From the NCBI GenBank assembly GCA_973895155.1, contig OZ316895.1, positions 8,234,184 to 8,298,183 of the forward strand: a DNA stretch of 64,000 nt, written 5' to 3'. This stretch comes from Marsupella aquatica (Eukaryota; Plantae; Marchantiophyta). Below the pieces are notes generated by a model. It searched no databases, was not told the origin of the DNA, and saw only the letters and a program-made list of their open reading frames with translations. The position numbers were made by a program, and so were the translations under genes. The stretch's first letter is position 1. Each line of letters begins with the position of its first letter. Positions 10,950-22,568 of the stretch are shown here, in pieces.

Positions 10950-13842
10950 TTACGGTTTGCCGTCCAAGTTCGTTTCAGAGACTGGTGGCGCAGAAGCCCC
11001 GTTAGTACCCCGATTATGAGGGATTGTTTGTGGAAGAGTATCATTTTTGGCACGGATATAGTTGACCCACAACAGAATTTCTAAAATGACCACCACGAAA
11101 AGCTCGACCCCGAGCACGACTCCATATGCGACCGTCCACTTGCTGCTTGCATTGGCCAGATGAATGCCCACAAAGATGTTGGCTGCTCCTAGCACGAGGG
11201 CACCACGGCCCAACCACCAGTGGCCCCAGTTCCAGTACCGCCTCAGCTTGGCTTCCCTCTTAGGCCTGACCAAGATCGCAGATATCTGTGGCAATTGCAA
11301 GATGATTTTCGAGCGCAGTATCAGTTCCTCGCTCAGACTGCTTGAAACATAAATCTACACCACACCTCACATTGCTCCTATGAAGCATCATCCGTCCGGT
11401 AATCTTTGTACATTATGAGTCCCTCAACGATCCCCTTGCGGGATTGAAACCATTCTTTCACTCAATTATTCATTCATTTCATTTATTCCCTTTCCCAGAG
11501 TTTTCAAGGTGACTGACATAAAACAAAACCTGTGAGTTCTTAAATCCCTGGAAGATTCTTCTCTTTGAAAATTTCTGAAATTTACAGAAGAATGCACATC
11601 ACACGCATTGCAAGGGCATTTTGAAATGGTGAAGAAAGGAAAATCTCAAGTCGCATGAAATTTGCATGTCTTCGACTGTGTAGAACAGGAACAGACATAA
11701 ACAATAGTATGAGGGAACATTCTTTCAGGGATTAAATGCATTGGCTCCTTCTTCCCAGGGCATTATTGCCCACAACGCCCTGGAAACAAGGCGTTACTAT
11801 ACACTTTCAATAAAATCTGCCCAGAGGAAATATGGGGCCACAGTTGCACGAAAACATACCTGAATAGTGGCCAGAACGAACAGGAGCACTCCAAGGAGCT
11901 TATGATTGTTGATGTCAACTCCTGGAAACAGATTGTCCATATTGAATCCTGTGATCAAACCAGCCAAGACGAAACCGTACCCAAGAACCTGGGAAAAGGC
12001 ATGGACGTAGAACCAATGCGGATCAAAGGCTCTAGCGTAGCGAGCCGCGATTGCCCCAATAGGGAGGAGCACTCCCCAGCCGATGATGTTGAGAACTCCA
12101 TGAGTGGTCCTTCTGCCGTCTACATTTACTGTCGTTACTGCAGCAGAGCCTGAGAGCAAGAGGGAAAGAGCAAATTCAGTACTTTCTTCGCAAGAGTGAA
12201 GTGCGTGACCTCCCCATGTGCACAATTCTGACTTCCTCTCTGAACTACCACGGGTCCCAGGGGAATGACTGATCCAGATATCCTACATGCCATATTCAGA
12301 AACCGTCTCTTCGGTGGACTATTTTTTCAATTTTACGGCACCTCAGGTCTAAGACACAACCACTATGTGGGGAGAGGGAAAACATTGTGCACACAATTTA
12401 CAACTTCCATTCACTCTGAACCTCTCCCGGCTGCACCCTCTCCCTCCGACTATGCCCAAAAGTGCCCCCTGGCCAATTAACGAAGATCGAAGGGGAGTAA
12501 TGACATACCTGTTACAAAATCTATTTGGACTGACGACTCGCCTTGATGCTGCAGTTGGTTGCCAGTAATAAGACTACCGGTTGGAATATCACCCGGCTGT
12601 CCCATAACGAAGTTTTGAAACGCAAAGTTGGAAGGGGTACTTTGCAGAACTTCGTACGTTAGGTACATATTGTTCGTATCTACGACGACCTTTGGCCGGT
12701 TGCCACTGGCGAAACTCAATCGTTTAGTATCCGGGTTGACGCCTGTAGCGGCCTGTTGTGTAATGTGATAAGTGCCAACCTGAGGTGCGGACCCGCTTGG
12801 GCTCATCCAAAAAATTATGGCATCAGTATTTACCATGCTATTCTGTTGGGCATTGAACCCCATGCCATACCATCGGGCTTGGGTTTCTATGGGAACCGAT
12901 AGAATAACACTTAAAACATGAGGTGACGTCGAGTTGTCGAGTTTATACTGTCACAAGGCCAGCCGTTAAAGACACCAGTAAGTCAGACTGCAAGAGCGTT
13001 TCTAATATCCGCGTAGGGAAAGACAGTGACCCATACTAACAGTGAGAACAGACCACAGGGAATCACAAAATTAGATACACCACCGCAAAAAATTCACGCC
13101 ATCATAACCATATATGGCAGCTAGCGTAGCAAACCAAGATTTTGGGCTCGTTCAAATGTCGGCAAAACAATGGAAGTTCTCGTCTTGTGCTGATGATCCC
13201 ACTTTGGGTTGGGCAAGGAGCGGTGCTAGTTAAGCAACTTTAAAGTAAATTATTCCACACAAGGAGTCAGAAGGATACCAAAAGAAGCGAAGATCAGATC
13301 TAGAAGGGGAAAACATTGAATCCTCTGACATTAGACAAGCGTGTTCATATCTTGTCTAATTTCCAAAAAAGAATCACAAAATTAACTCCTGAACTTATCC
13401 TCCGAAGGACACTGAACTAAGAGACTTTCTGCAATCCAGAGGACACGCATAGCAAAGAAACGAGCCCCAAATTCAGACAGGAGGCTCACCTGACAGCTAA
13501 TGTGGTGACCAGAATAACTTTAGAGGGATCTGCTAATGGACTGTCACCCGTAAGGTTTGGAAAAGGAAGCGATGGAGACTACCAATAATACAGACAAGGT
13601 TTGAGCCATACCCAAAGATTGTAAGTACCCAATGGGCTCGCACCGGCCACTGACACCTGCTTGCAAGAGGTTGCACCAAGGCTTGTTAGGGAGCTTGGGG
13701 GTTTCGCACTACTTGGGCAGGACTGGATCGACTGGCCACTAATGCCGACTATGATTGTCGCCAGGCTCACAAGCAATAACACTGTTGAACACAATGTCTT
13801 CGGTAGCCCACCGCCAAGTCCCATCATGACCAATTTTCGCAT
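10950..13842 (-). CDS. Cytochrome b561 and DOMON domain-containing membrane protein (CYBDOM family), with signal peptide
   Basis: Exons (minus) 13842-13612, 12947-12509, 12149-11860, 11285-10950. N-terminal hydrophobic signal; DOMON-like RWYGMGFNAQQNSMVNTDA; b561 His motifs HGVLNIIGWGVLLPIG, WFYVH, NNHKLLG and RPKREAKLRRYWNWGHWWLGR. Confidence 0.92.
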
Positions 13843-16037
13843 GGACTATTCTGAACTGGCAAACCGGCTGGGACTGTACTGATGATCGTGAGAGAAGAGT
13901 TCTAATCTGCGTGCAACAACGTGTGTAAACAGTTAGAAAGGGCAAGAGAGAGGAAAGGCAACGAGCCACTCGCTGAAAATCTGATAGCACGAATACAACG
14001 TCAATCGTCAGAATTAGTGAGCAACTCTTACTACTCGCTCACCCTCCCCACTACCCAATCTCAGCTACCTCGAAGCAAACTGGAGTCGTTGCCGTCGTCG
14101 TAGTCAGGCAAACTGCAGACGAGGGAAAGCACTTCAGCAGTGACTATTGTGCTTTGATGCATCGAGGGTTCGCGGCTATGTAGCAATAGAGGACCTCGAG
14201 CATACATTATCCGAGCTGTTCGAAACACTGATCGGGTCCGCACAAGGGAAAAACGATAGTCCCCAGGACCACAATTTCGATCCTAATGCTCAGCAGGTTG
14301 ATAAGAACAGCTAGCCACTCCACTCTTTGGTAGCCGATTATTACCCGTTCGTTCTCTCCTTTCCTCTATTCTCCCAGAATCTGACACTTTCACACATTTG
14401 TTCTCTCCTCGTCAGCTCTGAGCCAGCGCTTACGATGCCCTTATAGGTACACGAGATGAAATGTTCGCACTACTGAACTTCGTAACTGTCCTCCCAAACC
14501 TCTCAATTTCACCATGCGGACCATCTGCTACATCTCTCACAAAGTCATTCTTCTTTCCACTGCCGCTGACACAGGGCTGGCTGCAAACCCTCTCAGCCGG
14601 GGCCAACACCGAAATTCAACCCAAAATTCTCCTCTAACTTTCCATGACCTGGAGTAATGCCCCTCATCAATGAGCCGCATCCTTTGACCACCCCACGTCT
14701 GGCTACAGTGCTTATCACCCGAGTACCTGCTGAATCCCCGAGTTCTGACTTCAGACCAACATCAATGCCGTGATGCCGAGATCCCACTTCTAGCGCTCGC
14801 GTCCGGACTGCTCTCGCATTGACCTCCCTTCCAATCCTCACCAGATTGTAATCTCACAAAAGCACAAAATCTGAGGCCGCTCCATGACCTCTAAAAAGCA
14901 GTGGCAAAGTGCAAACACACGCACACTCCGCAATCAACCAGCAATCACGAATGAGAGACCACTACCTGATCAACGATCGCCCACCACACATGCGATCGAG
15001 GACTAACCACCAACGGGCGATGGATGATTCCGCAGCAGAAGTGCACCTAGAGACAGAGAGAGCAGAGCACAGCGGTAGCTCGATGGAAAACGAAGACACT
15101 TATCTCCAAGCTCCCTTTATCACGATCGGACAATGGGCAACGAGGGCGGCAGCGAGCAACGACTCGTTCAGGCCCTGTCCATCGATCCAAAGCGGCAGCT
15201 TGGTGGGCAATCTGCGAGCAAGTCGATGCGATCCTCACTCTGCTTTGAATGGTCCTTCGAATGGTCCGAAGACAGGCCAAGGGGCAAGAGTCGGGGCGAC
15301 AAACTGGGGCCGAGTCTCTGGCTCGTTCGTTCCTCACGCCGTATTTAGTGAATCAATCGCTTGCCGAGACAGCAAGCAATGCGACCAGCGAGGCAAGCTA
15401 CGAGCCAGATGTGGAAGAAGCCGAACGCGGGCACGAATGCACCAGCAATCACCGCCTGGTACACTACTACTGCCACTCCTGGCATGCAAGATCGACCTTT
15501 CCTCGCCGCCTGCTCTCTCCAGACTTCACACGGAGGAGAGGACTTCACACGGAGGAGAGGAGGAGAGGAGAAGAGAAGAGAAGAGAGGCTACCCGGAGTC
15601 CAATGTTGTTTGTCGTTTACGTAAAACAGTCCTTCTAAAGTGCCGAAAGCAGGGCGGCGCGGGCGGGCAGCCTCATAAAACGAGTCTCCTCAAGTTCATC
15701 GAAACGTGACACTAATTAGTGGGTCCCAAAGCTAACAATTTGATGCACCTTTTTACGGGTTTTGACACTAAATAGGGGGTCTCAAAATAATAACTTGATT
15801 ATTTGATGCACCTTGTTAAGAGTTATGGACAAAAAAAGTTAATGATTATCAAATTTATAGTTCAGAGTTTTTTTCCATAAATCTTATGCCATTATCTTCA
15901 ATCACCCTAGAGACAGGAAAAACAAAACAAAAACTTTTAGATAATCTTCTGAAAAAGTGTGACCATCCTTTATGGCCTAATACCATACCATCATCCATAC
16001 CTTCAAAGTTTTGAAACGCGCTAATAATAACAATACG

Positions 16038-16313
16038 TGATTTAAACCAAATAATTGGGTTTACCTTAGTACAAAGTGACATAATAAAATATTGTGACTA
16101 AGGGACACAAGACATGGGGACATCGTGGTTTGTTTTTGTTTAATTAAGTGCTGTAACTCATCTGGTCACGTTTCATTGATTTAAACCAAATAATTGGGTT
16201 TACCTTAGTACAAAGTGACATAGTACAATATTGTGACTAAGGGACACAAGACATGGAGACATTTTGGTTTTTTTTGTTTAATTAAGTAATGTAACTCATA
16301 TGGTCAGGTTTCA
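16038..16313. repeat. Tandem duplication, 139 bp period, 2 copies
   Basis: tgatttaaaccaaataattgggtttaccttagtacaaagtgac... at 16038 and 16177. Confidence 0.9.
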
Positions 16314-17242
16314 CCATCTGATAATCATCTCATGGACCTTCACCACAACACCCTCTTCAGCCGTCAACATTGCCTTTGCACAACCCCAGCCCAGAACAAT
16401 AACTATTTCTTTTTCTAGGAAGTGACACAACACAAAAGTATTATTTGCCTGATTTTTAATTTTAAAAAGCAATGTATAACTAAAAAGTCAATGTTTACAT
16501 CCAGATACTTACTGTGGAATATTTTCTTTTAAATTATATACGCAATCCACTGTACTTTGTACAAAATTTAATAATCATTTCTTATATCGCACTAACCTAG
16601 ATGGGGCTAAGGGAAACTCGAAAGCCTGATAAAGCTGGGAATAAAAACGAATAGAAGCGTCATTAATTGCAATTTGTCAGCACGGTTTTCTCATTTTAAC
16701 AGTCTATCGCGGGCAAAGAGGCTGCCCAAGGCGAGAGCACAAAGTCAGCAGCCGTGTTTAAAGTGTTCGACGATTCATGATAAATAAAATAAAATAAAAT
16801 AAAATGGCAGTACATAGAGAGTGTTGCCAAGCGTACCGCTTGATCAATCGGTGTTGAGCGCTCTTCTGCAGCGGTCAGCTGTGGACCACGACGCCGAGTT
16901 CTTTGGGTAGCCCATCTCCACACTGCGACATATCGGTGTTGGACATTTCTACGGTCAGCAGCCGAGCAGCGTCTACTAGTGGGGAATAAATGATCACGTT
17001 TTAACCCTGGTTTTCAGGTCGGAACGCACGAGATAAATCGGTGTTTAGGAGACGAAATACACACGACACTTCTTTTTTACTTTGTACTCCGTATTTGGAG
17101 TGGTCTAGCCCCCTCTGCCCGCTGCGACCAAGTCGTCGACCCTGGTCCAATGCAAACGAGTCCTGAATATTCCTACTTACGTATTGTGCTCGTGGGGGAA
17201 AAGAACCCACCTTCGATCGATTTCTTTGCAGGGAAAAAAGCA

Positions 17243-17395
17243 ATCGAGGGGGGTCTCAGTGAAATTTAACTGTCCAAGGGGGACCGGGGGAAAAACATCA
17301 AGTGGAGATATTTTGTGAGGATCGACGGGGGTCTCAGTGAATTTTAACTGTCCAAGAGGGACCAGGGAAACAAAATCAAAGTGGAGATATTCTGG
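17243..17395. repeat. Tandem duplication ~78 bp, 2 copies
   Basis: atcga-ggggtctcagtgaa-tttaactgtccaag-gggacc...aagtggagatatt repeated at ~17243 and ~17321. Confidence 0.8.
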
Positions 17396-17406
17396 GAGGT
17401 ATTTAT

Positions 17407-17541
17407 TTGATGGACCCAGGAAATGAAAGTGTTACATGATGGGACCCCTGAGATTTTGAATGTGCTGATTTAAGGTTTATCAACGGTTGGATCAATCAGG
17501 GTTCCCATCACGTAACATTTCTCATTTTGGAGGTACATCAA
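17407..17541. mobile_element. Small inverted-repeat (MITE-like) element, ~45 bp arms
   Basis: Left arm ttgatggacccaggaaatgaaagtgttacatgatgggacccctga (17407-17451) matches the reverse complement of 17496-17541 (ttgatgtacctccaaaatgagaaatgttacgtgatgggaaccctga). No clear TSD. Confidence 0.55.
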
Positions 17542-20500
17542 GCATATACATGGTTACTTTCATGAACAAGTGACAAAGAACTCAAGTGGCAACTTTGGGG
17601 CAAGCAAGTGGGCATAAGAAATTGTCAAAAGAGGGGGAGTGTCCAAGCTTTTTCTCTTTGATCATTATTACAGGTCACCCGTGCAATGTATACCACAGTG
17701 GATTTGAAGTGTGGTCAAGATGAATTGTGTGTTGATCATTACAGGGTGTTGCGCCCCGGCTTCAACAACATGTATGCTTCTGCTTCACCCTTGGCTTCAA
17801 CAACAGTCCCTTCATGAGCTGGGGTTATAAGTATAGTTATTACGTCCATGTTGTCAACGCCAAAGGTGGCCCAATGAAAGTTTGCAACCTGGTTTGCACA
17901 CAGAAAAGGATATTGTCCAAAGAGAAGTTTTGTCAGTCCATCCTTGTTATTGATGAGGTAAGTGATGAAAGCAAAAGTTTGCATGCAGAAAAGAGAATTT
18001 GTGTTACTGAATGAAGTGAAAGATTGTCAACACAGAAGATTGAAAGTGTAAGCAAGACATGGGAGGCACAATTGGGTAGAGAGAGTAAGGCAAGAGTTGA
18101 GTGAGAGCCAAAGCAACAGAGGGGCAGGTCGGCAATGGTGCTTGGAACTTTTGACAAACCCCTCCCGTCTCCCTTTTTTGTTTCCTTCTCTCGTTTGCTT
18201 CCCTCCACCCCCTTTGTTTTCCCCTTTTCAGGGCAAGGGGCAAGAAAAATTCAAAGCAATAAGAACTATCGAAAGTAAGAAAGGAATCAATCTTAAGTTT
18301 CCCCTCTCTGGTGACCTCTGTGCTTTCTTAAACCTCACATTCCCTTTCCCTCCCCTCTCCTCCCTCTCCTCCCCATTAATTAATTGTTGAATAGAATAAA
18401 AAAACAAAAGAACTTTCCCACCTGCCCCCCCCCCCCCCCCCCAACCCCCACAAAGCAAAATACAAATCTCCCTCTACCCCAAAAACTCCCACTGTTTGCC
18501 TCCTTACCATTGAAAAACCAAAAGCTTTTGTTGTTGTTCTTCCCCTCACACATGGTAGAGTAGTGGCTCCCACACACCTAAACACCCTGGGATTCTTTTG
18601 TACCTCATCGTGCCATAGCATCTATACTTGACTTCTCTTCCTTTTTTGTATCTCTTCCTGTCCCGTGCCTTTTTGTCTTCCCTAATCCCTCCCTCCGCTC
18701 CTCTGAGTGCAACTCTCCCTTTGAGCTACCATCTCAGGAAAGTTGGTCTCAAGTTAGACCCCGTACCCTCGAGAGCAGCATCATGTGGCCCATTCATAAT
18801 GCTATAAGGCACGTCCTCAATAGGGCGTGTCAAAGTTCTCCTGTACCACTGTGCTTACCGTTTTAATGTTTTGGATGTACCACCCTTATGGGGTATGTAT
18901 TTTGGTAACCCATAACTATTCTGTCCTAGCCAAAAGTGTGTTTTATGTCCTGAGTCGGAGCTCGGGTACAACTGTGCTTTGACATGCCCTAATGGACATC
19001 AAGATCTCATATAATTATGGCCTGTTGAAGTTGGGGGCTTGGGGAAACACGCCTGGACCAGACCTTTGCACTTGGACCCAAGACTTGCACCGCACCTAGA
19101 CTGGCATCAGGCCAGGGTCTCCATCAATGGCCACATCCTAGACTGATATTGGGTAGGGACATTCATCACTGGTTGCACTTGGACTAGAGTCAAGTGGGAT
19201 GCGTCTAAATGCAGAAACTGCGCGAGGATTGGCAGCACAATCTATACCTGGACCAGCTTGCGCCTTGGAAATAACTACTGGACCACTAGACCTGAGTACT
19301 TATGAGGACATAATTTTCCGCCACAAACACTTTTGGAGACTGTGAGACATTGTTGTAATTGGCATTCCAATGCCAACATGCACGGCTGAGGGTAAGTCAA
19401 ACAAACCTCATTTGGGTTAAGAATTAAAACATAATAGACCAAAGCTGGTCCTGAGGTGACAGTCTCCAAGTGAGCCTAAGGAGGGGGTGACCTTAAGAGA
19501 CATTAGTTCTGCTGGGAGTCAAGACCCATAATCAATAACTGAACATTCTTAGATCAATGATGTGAGACACGGTGATCTCTGAGTGCTAGCAAACTTGTAG
19601 CAAACCTAGATAGAAAAGTTATAAGGCAAATGGACGGACCTGGACACTCTACAACATAAATGATAAATTGTTGCAAGTGGGGAAAGATGAAGATGCTAGT
19701 GTACAATTATTTGGAATGACTGGTTGTGAATTCTCCAAACAAAGGAGTAGCCACCAAGAAATTTGGGGACGTGCTTTGGGAGGACTTTTGCTTTGGGGAA
19801 GCGAGCAGGGAAAACATTTAAAGTCAATACCTACAAAGATTTTACTATTGCCATAATTTTATAAAGGTTGACCTCATAGTTTTTCATTTGTTTGGTACGT
19901 GCACTTCCCCAAGCCTCGATGCTAAGCTTTCCTTGGATATAGATGGTGACTACCATTGAGTCCATTTCCACCCCAACCTTAGCTTGCCCTCAGATTCATG
20001 GTCTAGAGGTAGGCCTTTATTAGCTTCCTATTGCACTTTATGAGATAGATGGATAGAAAGATTATTGATGATTAATATTTTTTTCTTTTGGGCGAAAAGA
20101 GAAGGGAAACCATGAAAAGTCATTACTTACAAAGATACTCTTACTGCCATACCTATATGAAGGTTTGACTGGAATAATTTTTCATTCATTCTGTACACTT
20201 GCAAAAAGTCACCTTCTTGTCAGGATTCTTGGCTCCTTTGGTATGTTGGTATGTTGCCTCTATGGTGACCCCTTTTTTAGTGAAGCCGTTGGGTTGTTTG
20301 TTTATGAAAAGTAAACCCTAAATCAATGTGCAGTGACCACCTTGCAGATACCCAAACTTTGATTGACAACCTCAATCTTACCCCAGTGTGGACTGCCACT
20401 TTGCTTTGAGGATGGGCTAAGTAGCTTCTATAGTTCATTGGTAGCTCATTTCTGTCTAAGTGACAGCTAATTGTACGTTTGTTCCTGTGGCATCCCTAGA

Positions 20501-21534
20501 TTTTACATCTAGCCACATCTTGTTTTGCCTGATGAGCACTTTCCAATGGCCAGGATTGTTTTGTCACCGTGTGGGGTCATTTAAAGTGAAATGTGGTTGG
20601 GATTGATGTGCCTTTTGCACTCTGTAAACTATTGTTTTCCTTCCAAGTAATCTAAATTTATAATATTGAATCTTGCTCATTTTAGTTCTTTGTCCCGTTA
20701 CAAAATGCATTTTGGGCAGGAATGAATGACAGGTGTTAGATCGGGTCTGGTAACTGCACATCAAAATATGAACATATATGATGTACGACATCATTCCACA
20801 CCATGATTAACATCATAATTTATTTTAAATCAATGTATATTATCACATTTTGATGTGTGATTACCGGCAGGGCTGTTAGATCTTTTGGGTGATTTTTTGT
20901 AGCCATTTGATTATTAATTCTTGTGGCATCCCTAGACATTGCAATAGACATTGCAATAGACTAAGTGAGAACAAGAACAATTGTACTTAAGAATACAATT
21001 ATGAAGAGTACTAGATTGTATTTCTTACTCTCCCATGGGGACTACAACTCTACAAAGGTGGAGTGATTATATTATACTCTCATAAAGACATAAAGATAAA
21101 ACACTATCCAAAGATGAGGGAGAAGGTAGCAAGAAATTGGCATGGAGGAAGAAAAAAGGGAGAGTCGGATAAAGGAAAAAAAGAACAAAAATTGATGAAG
21201 ATGAGAATGAAAAAGGTTGGAGAAAATGAGAAGGGGATAAAGTGAGATAGTATTGTATTTTCCTCCCTCCCCCACCCCTTTTTAAAAGAAGCATGTATAT
21301 ATTTATGGCCTTAAATATTAATAATTTCAATTGTAATAAACATTTGGGGTGATCATGCTACGATCCCGTGCTGTAGTGGCCGATGTCACGGTCCATCTTG
21401 CATTTCCATGTTCTCACCTTCATCCTCCTCCGCAATAACACATTCACAATAATGACCAAAATGACAAACACCATCAAAAAATGACATTTTTAATGCTACA
21501 TTTTTTTGCGGCGCATAGGGAATGAGTTTGCCTG

Positions 21535-22005
21535 CATTTTTTTGTGTTTCCTCGACAACTTTGCCTCACCTCGACATTTTTTTCTCCTTTTGACATATTT
21601 TCTTCACCTCAACATCTTCTGTGCAATGCACGGGCATTTTTTTGTGTTCTTTATTTCACCACGACATCTTTCCCTCACCCTTGACATCTTTTCTCTTCCC
21701 GACAATCATGTTTTTCTCATATTTACATCTTTTTCTCACCTTGCCATCTTTTTTCTCCTCGACGTCTTTTTTTTGTTTTGACTTCTTTTCCTCACCTCGA
21801 CATTTTTTTCTCGCATCGACACTTTTTTCACACCAACACCTTTTCTTCACCTCAAAATAATTTTCTCTCATTGACAACTTTTTTCATACCAACATTTTTT
21901 CTTCACCTTGACATCTTTTTCTCTCATTGACAACTTTTTTCACACCATCTTTTCTTCACTTTGACATTTTTTTCACCTCAACATCTTTTGTGCAACGCAC
22001 AGGCA
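21535..22005. repeat. Degenerate pyrimidine-rich minisatellite, ~20 bp unit (tttttctcacctcgacat)
   Basis: Many degenerate copies of cacctcgacat/caccttgacat separated by T runs. Confidence 0.7.
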
Positions 22006-22568
22006 TCAGGCTAGTTTGGTTAATAAATGGCTTCAAGTTTTCCATTTCCTCAAACAAGTATTTGCCATCATATCTAATCCAGGTGTCGAGAGTGGGAAGT
22101 GGTCTGATGATTCAGGAGGTAGAGATGCTGGTGTAAAACTAAGCTTAATCTAATGCCAGACTCACAATAAGGAACTCCACTGTTTCTCTCATTGCATCAA
22201 TGATTGGGTGATAGGCTATTGCTCAGGCTATTGCATTTCACATTTTAAACTTGCATGACTCTCCTGTCAAGTTGACTCTCCACTATGGGCAAGCTTTCAA
22301 TGAGTAGCAACTTTTAAAGATTCTTCCTATGCAAGCTATGAATGGACCATCTCTAGAACCACAAGCGTAATAGGGCTTGTGTATTTCAAGGAAAGGGAAT
22401 AGTTTATCCACAATTGGCAAAATGTTCTTCTAGTCACCAAAGGGACACCATACCTGAACCACAAGGCGTCACAACTAGCATGTTGGGGATAATCCATATC
22501 CCGAGACACCATGAACATGTGAACACCATACAAACTAGTTGATACAGCGAGTACATGATTCACCTCAC

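Noticed and set aside
14909-15709. 266-aa ORF on + strand
   Set aside because: Non-ATG start and no family motif. It is best explained as the antisense of a GC-rich 5' leader of the CYBDOM gene.
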